The notes below the pieces were generated by a model. It saw only the letters and a list, made by a program, of their open reading frames with translations, was not told where the DNA came from and ran no database searches. Positions 38,600 through 49,257 of a stretch of 64,000 nucleotides of DNA are shown here, piece after piece. Position 1 is the first letter of the stretch, and each line of letters begins with the position of its first letter. The position numbers and the translations under genes were made by a program. Origin of the DNA: an uncultured Pelagibacteraceae bacterium (lineage in GTDB: Bacteria > Pseudomonadota > Alphaproteobacteria > Pelagibacterales > AG-422-B15); the NCBI GenBank assembly GCA_902612095.1, contig CACMBZ010000003.1, positions 38,269-102,268 of the forward strand. The letters run 5' to 3'.

Positions 38600-39358
38600 T
38601 TAAATCCTAACTGCTATATTTTGTTCGGCAAGATATGTTTTTACATCTTTAATACTATATTCTCCGAAATGAAAAATAGAAGCAGCTAATAGAGCGCTAG
38701 CCCCTCCCTTTAATACCCCTTCAACAAAGTGCTCAAGGTTTCCAACGCCACCTGAAGCAATAACAGGAATATCAATAGAGGATGAGACAGTACTCAATAA
38801 TTCATTGTCAAATCCTATTTTTGTTCCATCTCTGTCCATTGAAGTTAATAATATCTCACCAGCTCCTAAATTAGCTACTTCAATACAATATTCTAATGCA
38901 TTAATATCTGTAGGCTTTCTTCCACCATGGGTAAATATATTCCAACTTTTATCTCCAACTTTTTTTGCATCCACTGCTATAACTATTGTTGAGGATCCAT
39001 ATTTCTTTGCTGCTTTCGCAACCAAGTCAATGTTTTCAACCGCAGCTGTATTTATGGAGACTTTATCTGCTCCATTGTGAAGCAAACGAGATATATCATC
39101 AATGGTCCTGACACCTCCACCTACAGTCAGGGGTATGAAACAATTTTCAGCAGTTTTTTTTACAACTTCAAAAAGGGTTTCTCTGTCGTCACTTGATGCA
39201 GTTATATCTAGAAAGCACAGTTCGTCAGCTCCCTCAGAATTGTAGATTTTTGCTTGTTCAACAGGATCGCCAGCATCAATTAAGTCAACAAAGTTGACGC
39301 CTTTGACAACTCTCCCTCGATCAACATCTAAACAAGGTATGATTCTTTTTTTTAGCAT
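38600..39358 (-). CDS. hisF: Imidazole glycerol phosphate synthase, cyclase subunit
   Basis: [21 protein letters not shown] and LTSMDRDGT motifs. Confidence 0.98.
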   Translation of the reverse strand: MLKKRIIPCLDVDRGRVVKGVNFVDLIDAGDPVEQAKIYNSEGADELCFLDITASSDDRETLFEVVKKTAENCFIPLTVGGGVRTIDDISRLLHNGADKVSINTAAVENIDLVAKAAKKYGSSTIVIAVDAKKVGDKSWNIFTHGGRKPTDINALEYCIEVANLGAGEILLTSMDRDGTKIGFDNELLSTVSSSIDIPVIASGGVGNLEHFVEGVLKGGASALLAASIFHFGEYSIKDVKTYLAEQNIAVRI

Positions 39359-39359
39359 T

Positions 39360-40082
39360 CTATCTAACTATCTTTAATGCCTCAGCAATATCAATATTTT
39401 TGTCATAAATTGCCTTACCTACAATTACACCTTTTATATGTGAATAATTTTTTTTCTTTAGTTCAATAAGGTCTGAGATATTTGATACCCCACCTGATGC
39501 AATACAGTCAATTTTTGTTTGAACCATTACATTTTCTAGCATTTCAAAGTTAATCCCTTGCTTCATACCATCCCTCATTACATCAGTAATTATTATTGAG
39601 TTGATATTAAGATCTTCTATACTTTTTAAGAAATCAGAAATTTGTAAATCTTTTACCTCTTTCCAACCTTTTGTAGCAATTTGGTTCCGCTTAATGTCGA
39701 GAGCAATTGAAATTCTATTAGGATAATTGCTAACTGATTTCTCAAAAAAAGTTTTATTTTCAAACACTGATGTTCCGATGATAACGTTATTAACACCAAT
39801 ATTAATGAGTCTTTCGACTCTCTCTATATTCCTTACTCCACCACCGAACTGAATCTTAAGATTCGTATTTTTTTTTATTTGCTCAATAGATTTAATATTT
39901 TCAAAATTGCCCTTAAGCGCACCATCTAAATCAACGCAATGCAAATATTCCACTCCTGAGTCTTCAAAAATTTTAGCTTGTTCTAACGGTGACTCGTTGT
40001 AAGTAGTAGATTGTTCAAAATCACCTTGTTTTAATCTTACACATTTGCCGTCCTTTAAATCAATTGCTGGAAATAAAATCAT
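39360..40082 (-). CDS. hisA: ProFAR isomerase
   Basis: [23 protein letters not shown] and ASGGV motifs; ATG 40082 overlaps the hisH stop. Confidence 0.97.
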   Translation of the reverse strand: MILFPAIDLKDGKCVRLKQGDFEQSTTYNESPLEQAKIFEDSGVEYLHCVDLDGALKGNFENIKSIEQIKKNTNLKIQFGGGVRNIERVERLINIGVNNVIIGTSVFENKTFFEKSVSNYPNRISIALDIKRNQIATKGWKEVKDLQISDFLKSIEDLNINSIIITDVMRDGMKQGINFEMLENVMVQTKIDCIASGGVSNISDLIELKKKNYSHIKGVIVGKAIYDKNIDIAEALKIVR

Positions 40083-40717
40083 GAAGGTTCCCACTCGAGA
40101 AAGTTTAAAATTATTTGTTTTCCGTTATTATGACTTTTTTCTGGATGAAATTGTGTGCCAAAAATATTTTCCTTGAGTACTGCTGCAGTAATTGGATTTG
40201 GATAATTTGTAGTTGCAATACAATTTTCATTTTTTTTAGTTCTAAAGTAGTAACTGTGCACAAAATAAAAGTCAGTGTTTTGTGAAATATTATTCAGCAA
40301 TGCATGATTATGAAAAGTGACTTCATTCCATCCCATGTGTGGAATTTTATAATCGGCTGGTGCCTCGATCTTGACGACTTCTCCGGGTATCCATCCGAAG
40401 CCCTCACATTCACCAAATTCCAAAGATTTTTCTGCTAGTAACTGCATTCCAACACAAATGCCCATAAAAGCTTTTTTTTTGTCAATTACCACTTGTTCAA
40501 GACTTTCAAACAAACCGTCTATTTTGTGAATTGCGTTTTTGCAGTCTTGAAAAGCCCCTACTCCAGGAAGAACTAATTTATCGGCGTTTAATATTTCAGA
40601 TGGTGTATTTGTAACAACAATCTTATATGGATTTTCTAAGTTCTTGTTTACGGCTTCAAATGCCTTTTGTACTGAATGTAAATTTCCTGAGCCATAGTTG
40701 ATAATTACTAACTTCAT
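40079..40717 (-). CDS. hisH: Imidazole glycerol phosphate synthase, glutaminase subunit
   Basis: LPGVGAF, GICVGMQ, PHMGWN and QFHPEKS motifs. Confidence 0.98.
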   Translation of the reverse strand: MKLVIINYGSGNLHSVQKAFEAVNKNLENPYKIVVTNTPSEILNADKLVLPGVGAFQDCKNAIHKIDGLFESLEQVVIDKKKAFMGICVGMQLLAEKSLEFGECEGFGWIPGEVVKIEAPADYKIPHMGWNEVTFHNHALLNNISQNTDFYFVHSYYFRTKKNENCIATTNYPNPITAAVLKENIFGTQFHPEKSHNNGKQIILNFLEWEPS

Positions 40718-41172
40718 TTATTTATTTGTTTAATAGTATCAATAACTTCCTCTACATGATTATTTACTTTCACTTTTCTCCAAACCTTTGTGACCTTTCC
40801 TTTCATGATAAGAAAAGTAGACCGTTCTATACCCTTGTAGGTTCTGCCATACATACTTTTTTTAACCCATACCCCAAATTTCTCACAGATTTTATCAGTC
40901 TCATCGGAAAGAAGATCAAATTTTAATTCATATTTTTCAGCAAATCTATTTTGTTTCTGAATAGTATCTTTGGACACACCATAAACTTTAACCTTTAGAT
41001 TGTTTAACTTTCGAAGATTGCTTTGGAAATCACAAGATTCTTTTGTACAACCGGGAGTATCCGCTTTGGGATAAAAATAAATTAGCGCGTCCTCTTTTGT
41101 AGGAAATATAACTTCTTTACCCTTTTGATTTTTAAGTTTGAACGAAGGTAGTTTTTGGCCTTCTTTAATCAT
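40714..41172 (-). CDS. bcp: Peroxiredoxin BCP/PrxQ
   Basis: YFYPKADTPGCTKESC (PxxxTxxC plus resolving Cys) and RSTF motifs. Confidence 0.93.
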   Translation of the reverse strand: MIKEGQKLPSFKLKNQKGKEVIFPTKEDALIYFYPKADTPGCTKESCDFQSNLRKLNNLKVKVYGVSKDTIQKQNRFAEKYELKFDLLSDETDKICEKFGVWVKKSMYGRTYKGIERSTFLIMKGKVTKVWRKVKVNNHVEEVIDTIKQINK

Positions 41173-41174
41173 TG

Positions 41175-41774
41175 TTAAAGTTGTCCTTTGGTAGAAGGAA
41201 TGTTCATTCCCTCCCGCTCGTTAATCGCAACAGCATTTCTTAAACTTCTTGCCAAAGCCTTAAAGCAAGATTCAATTATATGATGGTTATTTTCTCCATA
41301 AATATTTTCCACATGTAATGTTGTTCCACTTGCTTGTGCAAAAGCTTGGAACCATTCTTTAAATAATTCAGTATCAAAGTCACCTTGAGAAGATGTTATC
41401 TTTGGAGCACTAAATTTTACTTTCCAAATTAAATAAGGTCTATTTGATAGATCAAGCGCAACTCTTGATAATGTTTCATCCATGGGAATATATGAGTGCG
41501 CATAACGTGTAATACCTTGTCGATTACCTAATGCTTTTGATAAACATTCGCCAATTGCAATGCCTGTATCCTCAGTTGTATGGTGATAATCAATGTGAGT
41601 ATCTCCTGTTGCTTTTATCGTCATATCTATAAGTGAGTGCTTTGACAGTTGTTCAAGCATGTGGTCAAGAAATCCTATGCCAGTCTTGATATCGTACTTA
41701 CCTGTTCCGTCGATATTAATATCGACAGAGATAGAAGTTTCTTTAGTGTCTCTTTTATACTCTGCTGTTCTCAT
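41175..41774 (-). CDS. hisB: Imidazoleglycerol-phosphate dehydratase
   Basis: GFLDHML, HHTTED, PMDE and NNHHIIE motifs. Confidence 0.98.
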   Translation of the reverse strand: MRTAEYKRDTKETSISVDINIDGTGKYDIKTGIGFLDHMLEQLSKHSLIDMTIKATGDTHIDYHHTTEDTGIAIGECLSKALGNRQGITRYAHSYIPMDETLSRVALDLSNRPYLIWKVKFSAPKITSSQGDFDTELFKEWFQAFAQASGTTLHVENIYGENNHHIIESCFKALARSLRNAVAINEREGMNIPSTKGQL

Positions 41775-41851
41775 AACAAAATCCAGTCGGTTTCTATCAA
41801 TAAATCACTGAATTATCTATAAAAAATGTAATTTTTAATGATAAGTCAGGG

Positions 41852-41879
41852 CTTGAAGTTAATAAATAAATAGCCACAT
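41852..41879 (+). promoter_or_regulatory. Putative RpoH (sigma32) promoter of hslVU
   Basis: CTTGAAG-N14-GCCACAT, ending 10 nt before ATG 41890. Confidence 0.65.
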
Positions 41880-41889
41880 AACATTCAGC

Positions 41890-42441
41890 ATGGAAAATCA
41901 ACAAAGTCAATCATGGCACGGCACAACTATTATTAGTATAAGAAAAGGCAATCAGGTTGTTGTCGCGGGAGACGGACAAGTTAGTCTTGGAAATACAGTT
42001 ATAAAAGGCACCGCCCAAAAGGTTAGAAAAATAGGTGATGGTAGTGTTATCGCTGGTTTTGCCGGAGCAACTGCAGATGCATTTACTTTATTTGAAAGAC
42101 TGGAAGCGAAACTAGAAAAGCATCCTAAACAGCTTACCAGAGCATGTGTTGAACTGGCGAAAGATTGGCGCACCGACAAATATTTAAGGCGTCTAGAAGC
42201 ACTTCTTACAGTTGCAGACTCTTCTACATCACTTCTAATTACTGGAATGGGTGATGTGTTAGACCCTGAAGGGTCAGTTATTGGAATTGGTAGCGGTGGT
42301 AATTATGCACTATCCGCTGCTAAAGCACTGATTGATACTGATCTTACCGCTGAAGAAATTGCTTTAAAGTCACTAAAAATTGCTGGCGAAATTTGTGTTT
42401 TCACTAACAGCAATGTTACACTTGAAAAAATTGAGTATTAG
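41890..42441 (+). CDS. hslV: ATP-dependent protease, peptidase subunit
   Basis: HG-TTI catalytic Thr, [18 protein letters not shown] and IGSGG motifs. Confidence 0.98.
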   Translation: MENQQSQSWHGTTIISIRKGNQVVVAGDGQVSLGNTVIKGTAQKVRKIGDGSVIAGFAGATADAFTLFERLEAKLEKHPKQLTRACVELAKDWRTDKYLRRLEALLTVADSSTSLLITGMGDVLDPEGSVIGIGSGGNYALSAAKALIDTDLTAEEIALKSLKIAGEICVFTNSNVTLEKIEY

Positions 42442-42444
42442 ATA

Positions 42445-43749
42445 ATGCAAGCATTTTCACCAAGGGAAATTGTTTCCGAACTTGATAGATATATTATTGG
42501 CCAAGATGATGCAAAAAAATCTGTAGCCATAGCACTAAGGAATCGTTGGCGACGTCAGCAATTACCAGAAGATATGAGAGAAGAGGTTCTTCCAAAAAAT
42601 ATTTTAATGATTGGTCCTACTGGAATTGGTAAAACTGAAATTTCTAGAAGGCTCTCAAAATTAGCACAAGCACCGTTTATAAAAGTTGAAGCAACAAAAT
42701 TTACAGAAGTTGGGTATGTAGGTAGAGATGTGGAGTCCATTGTTCGTGATTTGATTGAAATAGCAATTACAATGGTTCGTGAGATAAAGAGAAAAGAAGT
42801 AAAGGCAAAAGCACAATTAGCTGCTGAAGAACGTGTGTTAGACGCTTTAGTTGGACCAGGTTCTGGGCCTGCTACAAGAGAAAGTTTCAGAAAAAAACTT
42901 AGAAATAATGAACTCAATGAAAAAGAAATTGAAATAGCTGTTCAAGATACAGGATCATTTCCAACAATAGACCTTCAAGGTGGACAAGGTGCTGGTATAG
43001 GAATGATAAATCTAAACGACATGCTTGGTAAAGCTATGGGACCAAAAACTAAAAAGAAGAAAACAACAGTTGCCGACTCTTATGAGATCTTGGTCAATGA
43101 AGAGTCAGATAAGTTAATTGATACTGATCAAATTGTGAATGAGGCAAAAAAAGCAGTCGAAGACAATGGAATTGTATTTATTGATGAAATAGACAAAGTT
43201 TGCGCAAGAAGTGAAAGGGTTGGTGGTGATGTTTCAAGGGAAGGTGTTCAAAGAGACTTGTTACCTCTAATTGAGGGAACAACAGTTAACACTAAACACG
43301 GAACAATCAAAACTGATCACATACTTTTTATAGCTTCTGGAGCCTTTCAACTGTCAAAACCATCTGATCTATTGCCAGAATTACAGGGCAGATTACCAAT
43401 AAGGGTTAGTCTCAAAGCACTTTCACAAGAGGACTTTAAACGTATCCTAACAGAACCCAAATATAGCCTGATAAAACAGTATGAGGCACTGATGGGTACT
43501 GAAGATGTAAAAATCAGCTTTAGTGAGGACGGAATCGATGCAATTGCAACATTAGCTGTGGATATAAACTCAACTATTGAAAATATTGGCGCTCGTCGTT
43601 TGCATACCATTCTTGAGAGGGTGTTAGAAGACATAAGTTTCTCTGCAGCAGATAAAGGTGGAGAAAAAATTACAATTGATGCAAGCTACGTTAAAGATAA
43701 TGTTAACGAGTTATCTAAAGATACTGATCTTTCCAAGTTCATTCTCTAA
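42445..43749 (+). CDS. hslU: ATP-dependent protease, ATPase subunit
   Basis: [12 protein letters not shown] pore loop, IDEIDK and C-terminal FIL. Confidence 0.99.
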   Translation: MQAFSPREIVSELDRYIIGQDDAKKSVAIALRNRWRRQQLPEDMREEVLPKNILMIGPTGIGKTEISRRLSKLAQAPFIKVEATKFTEVGYVGRDVESIVRDLIEIAITMVREIKRKEVKAKAQLAAEERVLDALVGPGSGPATRESFRKKLRNNELNEKEIEIAVQDTGSFPTIDLQGGQGAGIGMINLNDMLGKAMGPKTKKKKTTVADSYEILVNEESDKLIDTDQIVNEAKKAVEDNGIVFIDEIDKVCARSERVGGDVSREGVQRDLLPLIEGTTVNTKHGTIKTDHILFIASGAFQLSKPSDLLPELQGRLPIRVSLKALSQEDFKRILTEPKYSLIKQYEALMGTEDVKISFSEDGIDAIATLAVDINSTIENIGARRLHTILERVLEDISFSAADKGGEKITIDASYVKDNVNELSKDTDLSKFIL

Positions 43750-43754
43750 TTTTT

Positions 43755-44183
43755 ATGACACTGAAAACAAAAAAAACTCATTTAAACAAGATAAAGGTGC
43801 GTTACTCAGAAGTTGATTGTCAGAGAATAGTTTATAATTCACATTATTTGACATATTTTGACATTTCTCTCAGTGAGATGCTCGAAGATTGTTTTGATCA
43901 GGATGAATATGTAAAAAAGACTAATAACGATTTTCACACGGTTGGTGTGCAAATGAATTTTAAAAGTCCTGCAAGATTAAATGATCAGCTCGAAGTTTAC
44001 ACAGGAATAAAAAAACTTGGAAATTCGAGTATGACTTTTACACAAGAAATTTACAGATCTGGATCCGATGAAATAATAAATGAAGCAGTTATTACTTGGG
44101 TTAACACAGACCAAGAAAGTATGAAGTCTTCTAAAATTCCAGATAATATAAAAGAAAAGTTAAATAAGTATTTGATTAATTAA
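43755..44183 (+). CDS. YbgC/FadM-family acyl-CoA thioesterase
   Basis: VRYSEVD..IVYNSHYL hot-dog motif. Confidence 0.85.
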   Translation: MTLKTKKTHLNKIKVRYSEVDCQRIVYNSHYLTYFDISLSEMLEDCFDQDEYVKKTNNDFHTVGVQMNFKSPARLNDQLEVYTGIKKLGNSSMTFTQEIYRSGSDEIINEAVITWVNTDQESMKSSKIPDNIKEKLNKYLIN

Positions 44184-44794
44184 TCAGAAGTTGCTGCTAA
44201 TAACCAATTAGAAGTTTTTTTATCTTTTATTTTTTCAAAAGTCCAAACGTCTGTAATTTTTTGCACCTGATTAAGACTGCCTGAAATTACTTCATCTTTA
44301 CTGTTTTTGATACATGTAATCATTTCTGAAATGAATCTCACTGTTACTTCCATAGGATTTTTTTTCAGGTCTTTGTGAACAATTTCAGATTTTTCTATAC
44401 CTATAAAATTAAATTCTACAGTTTCATTTTTACTATTTCGTTCATCTATTACTGACGTAAAGCTATTTAATACTTCATTAGATAGCAAAGGCTTAAGGGC
44501 ATCTTTATTGCCATTTTCAAAATTTGTGACGATCGTTTCATACGCGTTTGATGCGCCGCGTAAAAAATCATCTTTATCAAACCAACCGTCTTCTCTTGAT
44601 CCTGAAGAAACTTTTGGTTCGATAGTTACGATTTTTTCTTCTGAAGATTGTTGAGGAGTTTCATAGTTATATGAAGTTTTATCTGTTTTTTCATGGCCAG
44701 TTCTCCTTCCAAGAATACTTCTAAGTCGCAAAAGAACTATTCCTGCTATTATTGCTAGGATTAGAATATCAATATATTGAAATGCTTCACTCAT
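44180..44794 (-). CDS. Tim44-domain protein (TimA)
   Basis: N-terminal TM, LRSILGRRTGHE, FLRGA..AYE and DVWTF..W motifs; divergent from fxsA-secB. Confidence 0.9.
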   Translation of the reverse strand: MSEAFQYIDILILAIIAGIVLLRLRSILGRRTGHEKTDKTSYNYETPQQSSEEKIVTIEPKVSSGSREDGWFDKDDFLRGASNAYETIVTNFENGNKDALKPLLSNEVLNSFTSVIDERNSKNETVEFNFIGIEKSEIVHKDLKKNPMEVTVRFISEMITCIKNSKDEVISGSLNQVQKITDVWTFEKIKDKKTSNWLLAATSD

Positions 44795-44818
44795 TTAATC
44801 AAATATTATAGAGTTCTT

Positions 44819-44845
44819 ATTTAGGTATTAAAACTAAACTTTCAA
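44819..44845 (-). promoter_or_regulatory. Possible RpoH-type promoter of the Tim44 gene
   Basis: TTGAAA-N14-CCTAAAT on the minus strand. Confidence 0.4.
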
Positions 44846-44861
44846 CAATTACTTACTTATT

Positions 44862-45290
44862 TTGTTTTTATTTATTGCACTTTTTATACTTATCCCAATC
44901 ATCGAAATTAGTTTATTTATTGAAATTGGGAGCATTATTGGATCGTTCTACACCATAATGCTTATATTCATCACTGCAATTGTGGGTGTATTTTTTGTCC
45001 GTCAGCAAGGAATAAGCACATTTCAAAAGTTAACATTTCAATTGCAAAATTTAGAAACACCTGTTCAGACGATGTTTGAAGGGCTAGTCATCCTTATCTC
45101 TGGTATTCTTTTAATTACTCCTGGATTTTTTACTGATGCTTTAGGTTTTGTAGGATTGATACCATTCACTAGAATAATTTTCATAAAGTTAGTAGCAAGT
45201 TACATTCTTTCTAGATATGGTAAGCAAAGTAATCAAAATAAAAATACCATTGAAGGTGAATTCATTGATATTGATGAAGAGGAAAAATAA
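44862..45290 (+). CDS. fxsA: FxsA membrane protein
   Basis: PIIEI, RQQG, LLITPGFFTD and IEGEF motifs. Confidence 0.92.
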   Translation: MFLFIALFILIPIIEISLFIEIGSIIGSFYTIMLIFITAIVGVFFVRQQGISTFQKLTFQLQNLETPVQTMFEGLVILISGILLITPGFFTDALGFVGLIPFTRIIFIKLVASYILSRYGKQSNQNKNTIEGEFIDIDEEEK

Positions 45291-45292
45291 TA

Positions 45293-45715
45293 GTGGATGT
45301 AAAAACAAAAATTATCACACAATTTGTTAGAGACTTATCATTTGAAAATCCTAATGGACCACGACCATTTCAACCAGGTAGCGATCGACCCAATATTAAT
45401 GCAAATGTTGATGTCAAAGCACAAAATAAAAAAGATACCAATATTTATGAAGTCGAGCTGAACGTGAGTGTAAATGCTGCACACGCGGATCAGAGTTTGT
45501 ATATCGTAGACCTAAAGTACGTTGGAATATTTGAAATTGAAAATCTTACTGACGATGTTAAGGAAGCTTACTTACTAGTAGAATGTCCGAGACTACTTTT
45601 TCCATTTGCAAGAAGAGTTATTTACGACTTACATGCTGATGGTGCTTTACCACCACTTATGTTAGACCCTGTGAACTTTGCTGAACTTTATAAAAAGAAA
45701 ACAAGTAATAATTAA
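45293..45715 (+). CDS. secB: Protein-export chaperone SecB
   Basis: QFVRDLSFENP, CPRLLFPFAR and LDPVNF motifs. Confidence 0.96.
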   Translation: MDVKTKIITQFVRDLSFENPNGPRPFQPGSDRPNINANVDVKAQNKKDTNIYEVELNVSVNAAHADQSLYIVDLKYVGIFEIENLTDDVKEAYLLVECPRLLFPFARRVIYDLHADGALPPLMLDPVNFAELYKKKTSNN

Positions 45716-46524
45716 TAGCGAACCAATTTAGGTTCACCGTCCACAATTTCAAAAACTGGCTCAACATTAGGTATGTCACTTTTATTTTTGTTGTTCATAG
45801 TAGACAGAAGCTCAGCGGTATCAGTGAAACCACAGATCATCTCAAGATTTTTTATTGTTGGCATAATCATAGGAAAATTTCCAGATTTACTTTCTTGAAG
45901 GGCTTCTTCAGGATTAATCCATTTGCTTTCAACTCCCTCCACTCCATCGTGTACAGCTACCTGATCGGTCGTACAGGCTATAAAAAATCTAGTGCTATAT
46001 CTTCTTTTCTCTATTTTCGGAGTAACCCAGTGTGAAATATATGCAAGTTCATTTGTTGCTAATTCTAGATTTAAAGTATCTATCATTTTATAAAAAATAT
46101 TTTCACCTTGTAAAATTTTGCTTTTGTATTGATCTATTATTTTTAAATCATCCTTGTTGAGAACAGTATTTTTTAAATTTACTCCCTTTTTATTCGCAAG
46201 AAGAATTCCACTTTCCTCAAAGCACTCCCTGATACATGCAGCCCAATATGAAAGGCCGTCTTTTTTTAATCCAAGCCTTTCTGATGCCAAGACGTCATCA
46301 AGATGAGGGCTGTATTTTAAATAATTATTTGAAATATCTTCATTATCAATTTTACCCCCTGGAAATACCCATACACCGCCAAAATTTGTTTTCATGGATC
46401 TTTTAATCATGAACACTTCTATCCGCTGGTTGGTATCTCGTATAAGCAACACTGATGCAGCTGGTGTGGGCACTTGTTGATAATTACCGTTATCAATAGG
46501 TATATGATTAGTTGTATTATTCAC
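45712..46524 (-). CDS. NUDIX hydrolase with split Nudix box (Nudt19-like)
   Basis: VFPGGKID, an insert, then IRECFEESG; HWVTP..RRYSTRFF motif. Confidence 0.82.
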   Translation of the reverse strand: MNNTTNHIPIDNGNYQQVPTPAASVLLIRDTNQRIEVFMIKRSMKTNFGGVWVFPGGKIDNEDISNNYLKYSPHLDDVLASERLGLKKDGLSYWAACIRECFEESGILLANKKGVNLKNTVLNKDDLKIIDQYKSKILQGENIFYKMIDTLNLELATNELAYISHWVTPKIEKRRYSTRFFIACTTDQVAVHDGVEGVESKWINPEEALQESKSGNFPMIMPTIKNLEMICGFTDTAELLSTMNNKNKSDIPNVEPVFEIVDGEPKLVRY

Positions 46525-47227
46525 TCGTTTGGTTATTTTTAGATTGATTTATTTTTTTCCAAATAGAGTGCTTGCCTAATGTTTGAATAAATTCTTCATG
46601 CAATTTTTTCTCTTGATCAGAAATCCGGGGTGGTAAGTTTCTATTCTTGATCTTTTCAGTATCAAAGGATGAAGTAGAATTTGTAGTTACTGGCTTGGTG
46701 CTTAAATCTAGACTTAATTCACGAGCATCCATTAGTTCTATGTACACGCGGGCTAAGAGCTCGGTATCAATTGTAGCTGAATGTTTTTCTCTTTCTTTGT
46801 TATCAATTGCAAATCTTTTACAAAGCGCATCAAGTGAAACACTCTGGCCAGGAAATTTTTCTCTAGCAATCGAAACAGTGTCAATTTTGTCATTTTTAAT
46901 AGACTCTTTGCCACAAGTATTAAGCTCGTAATTCAAGAAGCCAACGTCAAAGTCCACGTTGTGAGCAATAATTGGATCTGTACCTAAAAATTCTAGAAAC
47001 TCCGATGCAATATGCTCAAATAAAGGTTTGTCTTTTAAAAATTCAAAGCTCAATCCATGTACCTTAAATGATGTGTCAGGCACATCTCGCTGGGGATTAA
47101 TATATTGTTGGTATGTTTTACCGGTGGGAAGATAATCGATTATCTCTATTGCAGCAATTTCAATTACTCTGTGACCTTCTGAAGGCCTTAGTCCGGTGGT
47201 TTCTGTATCAAGTACGACTTGTCTCAT
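46517..47227 (-). CDS. dnaQ: DNA polymerase III epsilon subunit
   Basis: DTETTG, HNVDFD, SLDALC and HSATID motifs (DEDDh). Confidence 0.97.
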   Translation of the reverse strand: MRQVVLDTETTGLRPSEGHRVIEIAAIEIIDYLPTGKTYQQYINPQRDVPDTSFKVHGLSFEFLKDKPLFEHIASEFLEFLGTDPIIAHNVDFDVGFLNYELNTCGKESIKNDKIDTVSIAREKFPGQSVSLDALCKRFAIDNKEREKHSATIDTELLARVYIELMDARELSLDLSTKPVTTNSTSSFDTEKIKNRNLPPRISDQEKKLHEEFIQTLGKHSIWKKINQSKNNQTSE

Positions 47228-47847
47228 TGATTAAAGAAGGTATTCCACGCCTTTGGATTAATCAATTTAATTTTTGCAGCAACTTCTTTTACCTCTGATT
47301 TTGTATCTTCAATATTATTATCAGTTGAAATGATGTAATCTGCTTTTTTTAATTTGTCTCTGTCTGGCATTTGTTGATCTTTAATAGCATTAAATATCTC
47401 TAATGGTACTTTTCTCTCCAAAACCACTCTGGACTGTTGTGTTGCTTCAGATGCTGTCACCACAACGGAAACATCCACATATTTTTCTCCTCCAGTTTCA
47501 AAGAGTAATGGAATGTCTAAAACACAACCCATCTTTCCTTCTTCGATTAATTTTTTTATGTAGATTATTTGATATTTCCTTGTTACAGGATGAACAATTT
47601 GTTCTAGGTCTCTAAATTTATCAGGGTCTTTATTTAGGATATCTCTTAATGCTAATCGATTGACTACACCATCTTTCGTTGAGCCTGGAAACTGTCTCTC
47701 TACTTTTTCTATAACCTCCTCATCGTTTTCGTAGATGTAATGAACTGTATCGTCAGCATTATACACGCCGTAACCATGATCTTTAAACATTTTGGCAACT
47801 GTGGATTTTCCCATCCCAATAGATCCCGTTACACCAACCAACAGCAC
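47224..47847 (-). CDS. coaE: Dephospho-CoA kinase
   Basis: TGSIGMGKST, IVHP and DIPLLFE motifs. Confidence 0.96.
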   Translation of the reverse strand: MLLVGVTGSIGMGKSTVAKMFKDHGYGVYNADDTVHYIYENDEEVIEKVERQFPGSTKDGVVNRLALRDILNKDPDKFRDLEQIVHPVTRKYQIIYIKKLIEEGKMGCVLDIPLLFETGGEKYVDVSVVVTASEATQQSRVVLERKVPLEIFNAIKDQQMPDRDKLKKADYIISTDNNIEDTKSEVKEVAAKIKLINPKAWNTFFNQ

Positions 47848-48662
47848 TAACTAACCCCCAATACACTCATTAAATCTTCATCAATCTCAGGCATTGTGTC
47901 GTGCCACAAGTTGAAGGACTGTGCAGCTTGATGGATTAGCATTTCCAGTCCATTTTGAACTGTGCAGCCATTTTTCTCAGCGTATCTTAGAAAAGTTGTC
48001 TTGCTTGGATTGTATATCAGGTCATAAACATGCGCGGATGAATGCAGGCTATCAAAGTCTATTAAGTTGTTTTCTTCACCTTCTTGTTGTCCTAAGCTTG
48101 TGGTGTTGACAACTAATTGTGAGGATCCAACAAACTCTCTTAGTGTTGTTTCTGTTAAGATTGTTGCCTCAACACCCAAATCGCTGCAAAGTGATTCTGC
48201 GTTTTCTCTTGTTCTATTATAAATACCAATCTCACACTTCATATGTGTTAGCGCATACACAACCGCCCTTGCTGATCCGCCGGCTCCGAGCACCAAACAC
48301 AACTTGTTATTTAGGCCTTTGTTTGCAATTGATTTTTCAAAACCAATTGGGTCTGTGTTATCCCCATAAATACCATCTTTATTTACTATGAGTGTGTTGA
48401 CTGCTTTGAGGGTTCTTGCAACATCAGATGTGTTGTCACAATATTTATATGCGTCCTCCTTAAGGGGAACTGTAACATTTAAACCGCTGTAACCCTCTTC
48501 TATTAAATGATCAACATCCCTAATAAAGTTTTCTTTTGTTACATTTATTTTTTGGTAGGCGCTCACATCAATTTTCTTACTTTCAATCCAGTGATTATGA
48601 ATTTTAGGTGAAAGACTATGATCTATTGGGTCTCCAATAACTGCTGTTTTTTTATGTGACAT
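47847..48662 (-). CDS. aroE: Shikimate dehydrogenase
   Basis: HSLSP, NVTVPLK, AVNT, NTD and GAGGSAR motifs; start taken at ATG 48662. Confidence 0.96.
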   Translation of the reverse strand: MSHKKTAVIGDPIDHSLSPKIHNHWIESKKIDVSAYQKINVTKENFIRDVDHLIEEGYSGLNVTVPLKEDAYKYCDNTSDVARTLKAVNTLIVNKDGIYGDNTDPIGFEKSIANKGLNNKLCLVLGAGGSARAVVYALTHMKCEIGIYNRTRENAESLCSDLGVEATILTETTLREFVGSSQLVVNTTSLGQQEGEENNLIDFDSLHSSAHVYDLIYNPSKTTFLRYAEKNGCTVQNGLEMLIHQAAQSFNLWHDTMPEIDEDLMSVLGVS

Positions 48663-49257
48663 TATTTTCAAATAGAAGATTGTTGTCCCAAAGGAACTGG
48701 GTTAATTGAATTAATGATATGCCTTGTATTGAAAAAAGGTCACTCCCAATGTTTTCAAAAAGTTTAATTCCTTCCTCCTCAATTGCATAGACACCTACAA
48801 GACCAAGAATATCATCGTCGACTTTATTTAAATACTCTTTTATCAGATCCTCGCTAAGCTTTCGCATGTGCATTTTAGATCTGTCTACATACTTCCAAAT
48901 AATATTATTGTCTTGAGCGACTGTTGTGGCAGTTATGAGTGTGTGGACAGATCCACTCATTCTCATCAACTGTTCTTTTGCTTCATTTCTATCCCTAGCC
49001 TTGTTAATTAATTCGCCTTTCAGATCCAAACCTTGGTCTGATCCAATAACAAAGGTATTTTTATTAGACATTGAGGGTTTCAAAGCTTTCATTTCTGCGA
49101 GTTTAACTACGACCTCTTCGGGGGTATTTTTACTCATCGACAACTTTACCCCATCCTCATCTACACCATGAGCAACGGCCTCAAAGCTTATGCCGGCGTT
49201 GCGTAATAATTTAATCCTTGTTTCGCTTTTAGATGCCAAAATTATATCTCTGTTCAT
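48652..49257 (-). CDS. maf: Maf-family nucleotide pyrophosphatase (YceF-like residues)
   Basis: ILASKS..R, GSDQ and YAIE motifs; maf-aroE-coaE-dnaQ synteny. Confidence 0.9.
   Translation of the reverse strand: MNRDIILASKSETRIKLLRNAGISFEAVAHGVDEDGVKLSMSKNTPEEVVVKLAEMKALKPSMSNKNTFVIGSDQGLDLKGELINKARDRNEAKEQLMRMSGSVHTLITATTVAQDNNIIWKYVDRSKMHMRKLSEDLIKEYLNKVDDDILGLVGVYAIEEEGIKLFENIGSDLFSIQGISLIQLTQFLWDNNLLFENNVT

Noticed and set aside
42555-43634. Antisense ORFs in hslU and the other 60-120 aa nested ORFs in the track
   Set aside because: All lie within or across the junctions of well-supported genes and show no family motifs.
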